NCBI GenBank assembly: GCA_964016885.1
Contig: OZ024753.1
Location: 20,832,001 to 20,896,000 of the forward strand
Direction of reading: 5' to 3'
DNA length: 64,000 nucleotides
From: Eledone cirrhosa
Lineage: Eukaryota
Translations under genes and position numbers: made by a program
The notes under the pieces: model-generated
Databases searched by the model: none
The model's input: the letters and a program-made list of their open reading frames with translations, nothing else
Told to the model about the DNA's origin: nothing
In this document: positions 30,400-41,880 of the stretch, one piece after another
Layout of the letters: every line of letters begins with the position of its first letter
Numbering within the stretch: the stretch's first letter is position 1

Positions 30400-31372
30400 A
30401 ATTTCCTAACTAGTTGTTCTTTCTGTTCCTTTGAAGCCCAGCTTCTCAAGATCTGTATTGTGGCAGTTACTAGCATATCCCAGTGCCCCCAATAATCGCA
30501 GGTATAAATCTGAATGTATAGTCAGGGTTGAGTATCTGCAGATTTCTCATCAGTTCTGCATAAATATTCTCCTTTTCGCTAATCTTCGATATTATATTAC
30601 CATCTGCTGGGCAGCTAATTTCCACTACTGTGTATGCCTTCTTTTCCCTGTCCCATATCATAATATCTGGTCTGTTATGCCTGCATTTTATTGGGGTTTT
30701 TACTGGAACATTCCACCAGTACTCTTTCATATTATGTATGTGTAGGTCTTCCACATTGCTGTAGCTTTTAATGTGTTTATTGTCGGGGCTATCTTTTCTA
30801 TGGATTGCATTGTACAGTGTTTTGGCCACTACATCATGCCTCATAGGTAGAGAGTACCGCGATGACATCTTTGGACAGCTGCTGATGACATGGGTGATAT
30901 CCTCGATGTTAGTTCTGCAGAGTCTGCACATGTTATCACATCTAGGTGTTTTGCCTGCATCCCTATCTTTTTTGTGAATCAGGGATTTCATGTTAATCTC
31001 CTGTTCTTGGATTGCACAAACATATCCTTCAAAGTGGGAGCCAATATAGCGGTTGTTGGTCCAAGATAGACTACTTTCCTTATCTATATTACTCTCACTC
31101 TGGAGCTTCCTGGCAACATATCCATGCATGATATTTTGCTGATAAGCATGCAGTTTTTCATCCACGGATTCACTGCGGTACTTGGGCAATTTCCCTGGGT
31201 GTGTTTTTGATTATCACACAAGAAATATCTTTCATGATCTTATTTGTCTCATGCAGACAGACTTGCTCAATAGATGGGCTCCTATGCTTAGAGGTTCGAA
31301 AATGATCTCAGAGGGATATGATGCGACACTCAAATGCTCTCTGGACTGATGTTAGACCTCTGCTTCCCTGCT
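30400..31372 (-). mobile_element. Second, more diverged RLE-type non-LTR 3' fragment
   Basis: ORF 30470..31189: AIQEQEI, CRLCRTNIEDITHVISSC, RHD, HNRPDIMIWD, VEISCP, IIGGTG. Confidence 0.9.
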
Positions 31373-31383
31373 TATGTATATAT

Positions 31384-32004
31384 GTTATCTCTTTCTCTTA
31401 ATTTTGAGTATATTTTTTTTTGACCGGCCACCTTCCTGGTGGCAAGGTTGTAAAAGAAAAGAAATTGTCATCCCTTGAATCGCAAGAATGTTTTGCAAAT
31501 TTTGAAGGTGCCAGCTATCACAGCCATTTGTAGACTATGAATTAGGGAGCTGCGCTTTTTGTCCGCAAATCCAAGTTCAGTCATACTTTGGTCCAAGCGG
31601 GTTGGTATATAACCCGTAGCTCCAATAATGATGGGTATGATGTATATGAAGCTAAAGGTGTATCTTGGATACTGGATTTGTAAACTCCTCATCAATGGTC
31701 CGTAGATGTCCTCCTTCTCCTGTATTTTTCTGACAATGTTTACATCAAGTGGGCAGCTGATCTCCACAACAGAACACGTTTTCAATGTGTGGTCCCAAAC
31801 AACAATATCAGGCCGGTTGTGCTTTAATTTGGTGGCAGTTTTTATTTTCAGGTTCTACCAGTATTCCTTAGTGCCATCTGTCTCAATATATTCTTCCTCG
31901 TTTGTTGTTAATTTTGTTTTCCGAAGTGCGTTCCAGATGGTTCTAGCTATCCCATCGTGTCTCATGGGGAGGTAGTAGCGAGATGACATTCTTTCGCAGC
32001 TGGC
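31384..32004 (-). mobile_element. RLE-type non-LTR 3' fragment, same family as 29016-30085
   Basis: ORF 31468..31785 (VEISCPLD, PIIIGATG); 3' UTR matches 29016-29100. Confidence 0.9.
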
Positions 32005-32247
32005 ATGTATGTATGTATGTATGTGTGTATGTGTGTATGTGTGTATGTGTGTATGTATGTATGTATGTACATACGTATGCATGTAAGTGGGTATGTACAT
32101 GTATGTACATATGTAGATAAACATGTGTGTGTGTGTTTTAAAAAGAAATATATTCGTCAACAATAACTTAGATATTTCAGTAATGTTCAAAAAGAAATAT
32201 TCAGTCATTTATATGTAAGAGAAAATATATTTATGGAGAAGTCTTTG

Positions 32248-32878
32248 AATATTTAGAGTTCTATCTAATATCTAGGACCCTATCTGTTATATTTAGGGAT
32301 CTGTGTAATTAGAGCTCTCTGTAATAATTAAGGCTATCTGTAATAATTAAGTCTCTATGTAATAATTAGGGCCCTATCTGTAATATCTAGGACTCTATAT
32401 TGTTTAAAGTTCTATCTTTAATATTTCAGGCTCCACCTGTAATATTTAGGGCTCTATCTGTAATATTTAGGGCTCTATCTACAATATTTAGGGCTCTATC
32501 TGTAATATTTAGGGCTCTATCTATATTTCAGGCTGTATCTGTAATATTTACGGCTCTATCTATAATATTTCAGGCTCTATCTATAATATTTAGGGCTCTA
32601 TCTATATTAATTAAAGTTCTATCTGTAATATTTCAGGCTCTATCTGTAATATTTAGGGCCATATTTGTCATATTTAGGACTCTATCTGAAATATTTAGGG
32701 ATCTATCTATAATATTTCAGGTTCTATCTATAATAGTTCAGGTTCTATCAATAATATTTCAGGTTCTATCACTAATATTTAGGGTTCTATCAATAATATT
32801 TAGATATCTACCTGAAATATTTAGGGCTCTATCTGTAACATTTACGGTTCTATCTAATATTTAGGACTCTAGCTGTAA
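32248..32878. repeat. ~21-bp minisatellite TATTTAGGGCTCTATCTGTAA (~29 degenerate units)
   Basis: Tandem units; ORF 32400..32864 (IFRALSV)n is its frame. Confidence 0.9.
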
Positions 32879-33024
32879 GTGAAATGTGGAAGAAACAGTG
32901 ACTACCTTTCACCAAAGATGCTTGAGAAAAATACTGGAGGTTTTGTATGATGATCATGTCAGAAACAAAAAAATGAAAATGTCAAACCTAATCAGTAATC
33001 TATCAGCTTTTGGTTTTTTTTACG

Positions 33025-33217
33025 GTCAAGAAGATCCCAGACCTCACTTGCTTACCAAGTGGGGTGGAACTCATCAAATTGGACCATCAACTAGCAGAAG
33101 GAGCAATGTGAAATAAAGTGTCTTGCTCAAAAACATAACGCCCGGTTTGGTAATCAAACTCACAACCTCACAATTGCAAATCCAACTCTCTAAACCCCTA
33201 AGCCACACCCCTTCACA
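33025..33217 (-). mobile_element. tRNA-derived SINE (family B)
   Basis: Reverse complement has ggcttaggggtttagagagtt, ggttgtgagtttgatt and tgagcaagacactttatttcac. Confidence 0.6.
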
Positions 33218-33410
33218 ACCTACCATTCCCCAGTAATAACTCTACCATCACCAATACTGCTACTAAAACTATCTAATGTATTGTGTTTAAATGTGCAGTC
33301 TTTAAATATGCAGTGATTAAATGTGCAGAAATGTGCAGTTGAAAGGATTATTGATTAAATATATGAAGATAAGTGTTTTTCTTTACAGCAAAATTGTTGT
33401 AGTCAGGTGA

Positions 33411-33413
<3 letters not shown>

Positions 33414-33464
<51 letters not shown>

Positions 33465-33685
33465 CAGCAGTAGTAGTAGTAGTAGTGGCAGTAGTGGCAG
33501 TAGTAGTAGTAGTAGTAGTAGTAGTGGCAGTAGTTGTAGTAGTGTGGTGGTAGTAGTAGTGGCAGTAGTTGTAGTAGTACTAGTAGTAGTGGCAGTAGTG
33601 GTAGTAGTAGTAGTAGTGATAGTAGTAGTAGTGGCAGTAGTTGTAGTAGTAGTAGTAGTAGTAGTGTGGTGGTAGTAGTAGTGAT
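33414..33685. repeat. (TAG)n / (TGG)n microsatellite
   Basis: Direct reading. Confidence 0.95.
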
Positions 33686-34074
33686 GGAATGATTACAATA
33701 CTTGCTATTGTGGTAGTAGAAGGGTTGGGGCTGCAAAAATCAAAGACTGACTATGAAGGAGTGATGCTAGAGCTGTGAAATCTTGCATGCATTCATTTCA
33801 ACCCTTCACATTAATAACTGCATTGATTCTTTCCCGGGACTGTTAAAAACAAAACCTCATTTGGTCATTCCCTGAGAGTATCTTGGTTGGCCTATGAACT
33901 TTTCTGCCGACCCTCGTATTTAGTAGTATGGTATTGATAGTATTGGATATAGCGGTACTTACTGCTCTGAGCATAGAAGCATCTTTTTAATCTCAATGAT
34001 ATAAACACCTCAGCATGAATGTATATATACTGTGACCCGATATTGAAGGGGACTGTGGCCTGATGAGATTCATC

Positions 34075-34392
34075 ATCTTACTATGAGAGAGAAACTGTGT
34101 ATAAGAAGGATAAGCTGTAGTGTTCAGGAGAGACGACTGAGATGGTATGGACATGTGATGCGCATGGAGGATGACCGCTGGGTGAAGAAGTGCCAAGAAA
34201 TCCCAGTGGAAGGAAGACGCAGTAGAGGAAGACCATGAAAATCATGGGCGGAGGTGGTGAGGGAAGACCTCAGATTGCTGAAGCTCATGGAGGAGATGAC
34301 GAAGGACTGTGACGAATGGAGAGATGCTGGGCTGAATAGGACCCGTCCCACCCTTGCAAGCAGGGAAAAGCGGACGTAAGATGATGATGATA
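34075..34392 (+). mobile_element. RTE LINE 3' end with (ATG)n tail
   Basis: VQERRLRWYGHVMRMEDDRWVKKC; ends gcggacgtaagatgatgatg. Confidence 0.85.
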
Positions 34393-34656
34393 GTGTGCAG
34401 TGCTCTACTTAAATTTCTTCTTCGCCTGTATATCTGGAGTTCAAATTCTGCTCAGCTACATTTTGCCTTTCTTCCTTTCAGGGGTCGATAAACAAAACAC
34501 TAGCCCAGTGCTGGTACAGATCCCTCAGCAGTGACATCCGTGATGTTCTGTTGTGATGGCTAAGAGATCATCAGTGTCTACTCACAACTTCATGGATCAC
34601 AGAAAACCTTAAGGAAAGCAGGGTATATACGTTGTGATGCCTGTAGATTCTGTAGC

Positions 34657-34687
<31 letters not shown>

Positions 34688-34970
34688 GGAAATTCTAGTT
34701 TACTTGAAGCATTGCGTAATGAGGTATAAACGTTTGGAGTTAGAAGGCCAAAACAATGCAGGTATGGATATAGAATATAAATACAAATGCAAAAGATATT
34801 GCTAACAATTAGTCTTAAATTTCGAGATAATATCTCTTCTTCGGAGGGAAGTAAAGGGGTTAATCCAGTGTTCTAATTAGCTTGCCAAGTCATGTTGACA
34901 GGAAATGGTATAGAAATTCCATTCTATTTCTAATGTCAAAGAGTGAAGGTTAGGTGGATAAAGAGTTGTC

Positions 34971-36189
34971 ATCATCATCATCATCATCACCGTTTTACGT
35001 CCGTTCTTCCACGCTAGCATGGGTTAGACGGGTTGTCCTGTTGTGGGCAGTGTCTGGTCGGCTGACCATGCCTTGCTCATACAGGAACTGATTTGGCTTG
35101 ATTTCTACAGCTGGATGCCCTTCCTAACACCAACCTCATTTACAGTGAGTGCTGGGTGCTTTTTCGTGGCGCCTACACGTCCACTTTACAGTGTGGGCTG
35201 GGTGCTTTTTTGCCGTGGCACCTCCACGACCACCTTGCGGTGGGGGGTGTGGGGGCATATTGTCTATATGCTTCAGCTTGTACCCATGGGAGGTCGGGTA
35301 CTCTGTATTACTGCGTGACGCCAGAAGTCACGGTCGTGTGTCATTGTCTTTGAGAGGTGTAATTGGGTAAGGTCGGCTTTTATCACCTCATCCCAGGTCA
35401 TCTTGGGTCTCCCCACTCTGCGGTTTCCATCAACTTCTAGTGCTCTGCACCTTTTTATGCAGCTGTCATCCTTCATACGCATCACATGTCCATACCAGCG
35501 CAACCGCCTCTCCTGCATACAGCATTTGATTCCTCTTATGCTCAGTCTCTCTCTCAATTCATTTATGCTTTGTCGTTCACGTATATTATTGTTACACATC
35601 CATCGGAGCATGCAGGCTTCGTTTCTCTCTAATCTACGTAAGTCTTCCACCTTCAGCGCCCAGGTCTCGCTACCATGCAACATCGCTGTTCGGATACACG
35701 CATCATACAGTCTGCCTTTCATTCTGAGGGAGAAGCCTTTTGCAGCTAGCAGTGGTAGTAGTTCCCTAAACTTCTTCCATCCCGTTCTTACCCTAGTTAT
35801 TGCACTTTCTGAACACCCACCTCCGTTGCTAATTCGGTCACCTAGGTAGCAGAAGCTGTCTACTGTTTCTACAGGGCCCTCCCAGAGATTGGTGGTACTT
35901 GTTTCCTGTGGCTCTTTGCTGTTTGCTGTCTCAGCACAGCTGCTGCATGTGAATCCTACATTCTTAATTAAGCTTCCTGAGATACCGCTACATCTCTTGT
36001 GTACCCATTGTTTGCATTTGGGGCAGAGAATGGAGTTCCTACCTACACCTTTCCTACATACTGAGCAAGGCCATTTCCCTGAGGGGATCTGGGTTCTGTT
36101 TTCTCATCTACTTACAAGGACCTTAGTCTTTGTCGTGTTGACTTTGAGACCCTTTCATTCTAGTCTCTGCTTCCAGGTTTGGAATTTAT
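34971..36189 (-). mobile_element. 5'-truncated RTE LINE nested in the Penelope-like element
   Basis: ORF 35273..35722 (KGRLYDACIRTAMLHGSETW, RRLRWYGHV); Cys/His finger near 35990-36080; (ATG)n tail at 34971. Confidence 0.92.
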
Positions 36190-36436
36190 TCTCCCTTTAA
36201 AAAGGGTTTGGACATGTATGTCTAAGTGTGTATGGGAGAATATGTGAAGGTGTAAGCATGCGTGTGTGTGAGAGTGAGAGGATATGTTTATATGTAAATG
36301 TGGGGGCTAGATGCTCTATCATGTTGAAACTGGTCTTTATGTGTGTGTGAGAGAGAATAAGTGGAGGTGTAAGCATGTGTGTGTGTGTGAGAGAGAGAGG
36401 GTACGTGGAGGTGTAAGTGTGGGGCTAGGTGTTCTA

Positions 36437-36945
36437 TTAAGTTATAAATTGGGTGTTGAGTTCTAGTCTATTATTGATTGGTGGTTGTGTTTTGTCTATA
36501 ATCAGTGCTTCCTTAATTTTAAGATTGCTGAGGTTTCTTTCCTTAGCTTCTATCCTAACTGTTATGGTTTTGTCTGTGTTTTTGCATTTCACTAGGTGTT
36601 TCTTAAATGAGGAAGCGTTAATATTGAGGTGTTCTTTTATTCTTATGTGAAGTGGTCTGGTGGTGCTACCTATGTAGAAATTGCTGCATTTGTCACACTC
36701 TAATCTGTATATGACGTAAGCCTGGTGGCATAGGTCTGTGTCATTGATGGGGCAGTTGGCTAGCCTGCAGCGGCTGTCATGTCTGGTGGAGTGTCTTTTG
36801 GTTAGCTGTCCATGTAGAGAAGGTCCTTAGTGGGCTAGCTGGATATCTAGTCCCTCTCATCTGATAGCTCTGCGGATGGCTGTTGTTGTTTCATCACTGA
36901 AGTGTGGGAGCTTCAGGAAGCAGGTGTTAGTGCCTTGGGTGTGGT
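36437..36945 (-). pseudogene. Penelope GIY-YIG endonuclease C-terminus (not in the ORF track)
   Basis: Manual translation: CRLANCPINDTDLCHQAYVIYRLECDKCSNFYIGSTTRPLHIRIKEH...LKIKEALIIDKTQPPINNRLE; two upstream stops. Confidence 0.88.
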
Positions 36946-37348
36946 GAACTCAACACCCAATTTTTGACATGATATAGCACCTAGCCCCACTCTTACACCT
37001 CCACGTACCATCACACATACACGCACGCTTACACCTCCACTTATTCTCTCTCACACACACACATACACACATAAAGACCAGTTTTAACATGATAGAGCAT
37101 CTAGCCCCCACATTTACATATAAACATATCCTCTCTCACACACACACACACACACATGCATGCTTACTCCTTCACATATTCTCCCACACACACTTAGACA
37201 TACATGTCCAAACCCTTTTTAAAGGGAGACAACTCTTTATCCACCTAACCTTCACTCTTTGACATTAGAAATAGAATGGAATTTCTATACCATTTCCTGT
37301 CAGCATGACTTGGCAAGCTAATTAGAACACTGGATTAACCCCTTTACT

Positions 37349-37386
37349 TCCCTCCGAAGAAGAGATATTATCTCGAAAATTAAGGA
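37349..37386 (+). ncRNA. Candidate minimal hammerhead variant in the Penelope terminal repeat (mirror copy ~34812-34848, minus strand)
   Basis: CCU-CCGAAGA-A-GAGAUAUUAUCUC-GAAA-AU-UA-AGG; U4C substitution and short stems. Confidence 0.45.
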
Positions 37387-37485
37387 TATTCACATAAATT
37401 GAAGGTAAAAGACTAATTGTCAGCAATATCTTTTGTATTTATATTCTATATCCATACCTGCATTATTTTGGCCTTCTAACTCCAA

Positions 37486-37673
37486 GAAGGAAGATGTGGC
37501 AGAGGTAGACCACGAATAACATGGGCGCAGGTGGCGAGACAGACCTGAGATCGCTGAAGCTCACTGTGGAGATGATGAAGGACCATGACAAGTGGAGAGA
37601 TGCTGTGCTGAATAAGACCCGTCCCACCCTTGCAAGCAAGGAAAAGCGGACGTAAAATGATGATGATGATGAT
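37486..37673 (+). mobile_element. Short RTE LINE 3' end with (ATG)n tail
   Basis: Homologous to 34210-34390. Confidence 0.85.
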
Positions 37674-38588
37674 ATATATATATTTGAAAAAAAGGAAAAA
37701 GATGACTTAACTTGTAGTTCTAAACAATTTGATTTAATTTTACATTATAGTAACAAAATGGCCCTGCGTTGCTCTGGATTTGCTCTAGGGTTCTTATATA
37801 TTTGATATATATTTATCCCTCTCGAGCCTTGTGAAGTAAATACGTTTGTTTATATTTTGTTATTGTGTATGCAAAAATATCTGTACACGAATATATGTAT
37901 TAAAATAACAGATTAAAGTTTAAGCAAAGAATCGCTGCTTTCACCCTTAACAGGATCTTCTGAAACTAAAATAATAAATCTGTGAACGCAGAAGTAAATA
38001 TTTCGAAAAACGTTACACACTTTATATATATACACACACTATATATACATACACACACACATATACATACACACCGCGTCATAATGACATAATGCAGACA
38101 GCCAGGCATACAGACAGATATTATAAGGGCGAAACGTTATATCTATGTATCTATCTAAAAAGAGAAAGACTAAGAATTATAGAGAGAGATCGCTAAATCG
38201 CCTAATGCGGTCCCTAGGGCATGGAAAATTTGAAATTATTTTTGCTCAGAACACTCAATAGGACCATAAAGTATTACATGTGTAAAGTCTGAAAACAATC
38301 AGTTGGGTGGTTCTCGAGTTTTAGTGATTGGACAGACAGATAATTTTCTTTTTATTTGCCACCAGGGCATCAAAAAGTGGGACAAGTACAATGGGGGGAG
38401 TTTACATAACAAGGCGTCCTCAATAAGGAGGAGGCAATAACAAAATATAAAAATAAAATAAAATATAACAAAATAAATTTTATAACAAAATCCTCCATAG
38501 GGAGGAGGCGCCTTGGGGGGTCGCACACACCCCCGAAAAAAAAGTGTGCAACCCTTCTCCTCAGGAGCACAGAGAGAGGTTGCTCCCT

Positions 38589-41500
38589 TGATATTTCATC
38601 TTCCTCACCTATAGTCTGATGTAGAGTGAAGGCCCATTCACACGGGCCATTCTAGCCACTTTCACCCATCTTTCATAAAAACGGCTGGGGTGCAGCACCT
38701 CTCTCTCCATCCTGATCCTTCTTCCGAAATGATATCGGAAGAAACGGACCAGTTGTTGGCCAGAGAGAAAGGTGTCTGACCTCAGTCCTTTCAGACGCGT
38801 CCACCATACAACCTCTTTCGCCATGGCTATTACGCACAGAAACACCGCCTCTCCTTCATTTTTGAAGAGGGGAGGCGGCTTGATCGTTACAATAGACTCG
38901 GTGGTCAACCGGATCGGTCCCACCCTTGAAAGCAGTTGTTCGACATAACCCCACAGATCGGCAATGCCCGAGCAGTGTACCAATGCGTGTGCAACGGTTT
39001 CCTCGTCGCACACGCATCTGAGACAGATCTTTTTCGAGGGGTCCCTACCCGGGCGCCCGTGTCTGTAGATCCTTTCTCGAACGGGCAGAGCCCTTCGGTA
39101 GCACTGCCAGGCCAGGGACCTCTGGAAGTTATCCATGGGTCCCGGGCTGAATGTCCTACCGAACAGGTTGGCCAGTTCGTCTTCCTCCATGCCTAGGGCT
39201 TCTCCGAGGGCGTCGTCGCACCTGCTAACCACCAGCCCTCTATGGAATGACGAGGTGGATTCTCCACTGACAGCTGGGTCCGCCTGCCAGAGAGCCGTGA
39301 GCACCTGGGCACACTCGGTGTGCCAGGCGCCCAGTTTTCTCGGTCTTTGCTTGACCCAGGATTGCAGCTCGGTGAGTGAGATGAGTCTGGGAAAAGCTCG
39401 CCTCACAAATGGGGCCCACACCGGTTGACCGGTGAGGAATACCTGGAGGTACCGTAGCCTTAATGCGGGTTTACGTATCATTAGCCACGGCATCCCCAGC
39501 CCTCCTTTCGAAGGGTGTTGACAGCAGATGGATCTCCTCACCATCGAAGCCCGCTTCTTCCAAAGGAATTGGAAGAGTGCGCGCTCCATTTTGTGCTACC
39601 GAAGTGCTCTGCCCGTTCGAGAAAGGATCTACAGACATGGGCGCCCGGGTAGGGACCCCTCGAAAAAGATCTGTCCCAGATGCGTGTGCGACGAGGAAAC
39701 CCTTGGTAAGGCACAATGGTCAGGCGATAGTAGATGACGGACGCTATATAAGTGTTCGCCACCTCCGCCCGACCTTTCAGGGACAGTTTGCACTCGGCCC
39801 ACTTCTGGGTCAGTGCAAACACCCTGTTCATCACCTCACCCCAGTTCTTCTCCACATGGAGGTCTGGTCCGAACCAGACCCCGAGCAACTTCACCGGGCC
39901 CTCTGTCCAGCGCCCGACGACGCCATCGGAGGGCATCGATCTTCCCCTCCACGTGCCGAGTTGCAGACCGATCGACTTGTCCCAGTTCAGCTTAGCCCCT
40001 GTAAACCTTTCGTACTCCTCCAGTAAGGTGCCGATTGCCCCGATTTCCGAGGCCGTCGACACCATTACAGTTACGTCCTCGGCGTAGGCCGACACCGCTT
40101 TCCGCAATCCATGTTCCAACGGGATGCCCTGCAACAACTCCAACTTCCACAGCAGTGGCTCTAGAGTCATTACATATAGAAGGGAGGAGAGAGGGTACCC
40201 TTGTCGGATGGACAGCGCGATTTCGAACGGCTCCGTAAGGTAGCCGTTCACCTTGACCCTAGAGCAGATGCGGCTGCTGTGCATGGCATTGATCCAGCCC
40301 CTGAAAATGTGTCCGAAGCCTGCCGCCGCTAGCACCGCATCCAGGTAACCATGGTCGACCTATCGAACGATTTAGATTGATCCAAGTTGATTAGGGCCCC
40401 ACCAAAGCCGGGTTCATTGCCAACCCTCTCTATGATGTATCGCATGAGGTGGAGGTTGTCGTGGATGGACCTGGATGGGATAGCACATGTCTGCGCATCT
40501 CCCACCAGGTTGCCCACGTCAAGCGCCAACCTCTTTGTTAGCACCTTGGCCAAAATCTGTAACTCTGTATTTAGCAGAGTTATGGGCCTGAAATTATTTA
40601 TATCGTCCCCCTTGTTCTCGTCCTTCCTCACTAACATGACTACGCCCTTGATCACAGCCCAGGGAATTCTCCCGTTCTTTTGCCAGTTGCAGTAGACCAC
40701 CTCGAGGAGATCGGAGAACAAGTCCGGCATAGCTAGATATAGTTCGTATGGAAGACCATCGAGACCCGGGGATTTGCGTTTGCCGCATTGGCTCAGCACG
40801 TTCTCTATCTCAGCGGCTGAAATCGGCTCCTCGCAGGACTTCGCCTCCCTGTCCGAGAGACGCGGCAGGCCGTCGAGGTATGGACCGAAGTCCACTTCCC
40901 CAACCGTCTCCCCGCCCCTTCCGAACAATCTGGCAAAGTGCTTTTGAAAAGCCTCACACATCTGCTTAAGTTCAAGGATCACCCGTCCATCCTGGTCTCG
41001 CAAAGACCGGATAGTGGATCTACTCCCTCTTTTGGCTTCTACTCCCTCTTTTGGCCCAGCTAACAGCTTTCGTCCCCTCGTTTCCCAGAGCACGTATTTT
41101 GCTTCGGACGATGCAGCCTTCGTGTTTCGCGTCGAAGAACTGGCCCAGGGCCGTTCTCGACGCTAGCACTCTGGCCACGTCGCCGCTTCTAATTGCCTCT
41201 TCTACACTATCTACCAACTCCCTTTCCTTCCTATTTCTATTTGAGGCTAACTCCTTACTAAATTCTATAGAGACTACTCTAATCTCTCTTTTGAGAGATC
41301 CCCACCACCTGCTGTTGACGATGGCGCTCATCAACCGCTCCTTAACTAAAGTGCTAATCCGGTTCCTGTAAGCCCTACTTGCCGGTAAGGACAAGTTGAG
41401 CTTCCAGTAACCGGGTCCCTGTCTATGCGTTCTGTCAAGGTTGACCATGCATCTCACTAACTTGTGGTCTGAATAGCCAACCATGCGTATTTTTGGACAA

Positions 41501-41880
41501 CTTAAAAAGTCCTTATCCTTATTTCTAACTAAGAACCTATCTAGGTACGACCTAGATGATCCGCTATGATTTGCCCAAGTCCAGGTTGGCGCAGTCGGAA
41601 AATCTAGTCGATATCTATAAGCCAGGTCAAATCGACCGATTAACCCTTTGAGGCTATTATACCCCTCTCTATCGGGACAGGCCCCTACGTAGTCCCAGCG
41701 TGCATCTAGGATACCATTCCAGTCCCCCACTAATAGCAAGGAGCGGGCTGTCCCTAGAAAAGTCTCCAGACGATTGACCCGAAAGGGCCGAAGGCGGCAA
41801 CCAACCTAAACGCTCCGCCTTCACCACTGCCAAGGTCCAGAACCACTCGTCGACCCTCTGGGTCCAAATGTACCGTCTGT
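38589..41880 (-). pseudogene. LINE ORF2 (APE endonuclease, RT, zinc finger), frameshifted
   Basis: ORFs 41020..41739, 40329..41093, 39538..40335 and 38609..39589. Confidence 0.92.

Larger units (their letters stand above)
34688..37485 (-). mobile_element. Penelope-like element 3' part with an inverted terminal-repeat copy (36946-37485); left arm interrupted by an RTE LINE
   Basis: GIY-YIG frame on minus strand; 36946-37485 is the reverse complement of 34734-34970 plus 36192-36463. Confidence 0.9.

Noticed and set aside
34055-34105. CTGATGA...GAAA-CTGTG-TA hammerhead-like string
   Set aside because: No stem I pairing (gtggc vs taaga), and the 3' half lies in RTE coding sequence
37928-37968. 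Minus-strand CAGAAGA-TCCTGTTAAGGGT-GAAA
   Set aside because: U4 altered, no UH site and no stem I
41019-41055. 19-bp tandem duplication at the endonuclease/RT frame break
   Set aside because: Ordinary inactivating duplication, not a programmed frameshift
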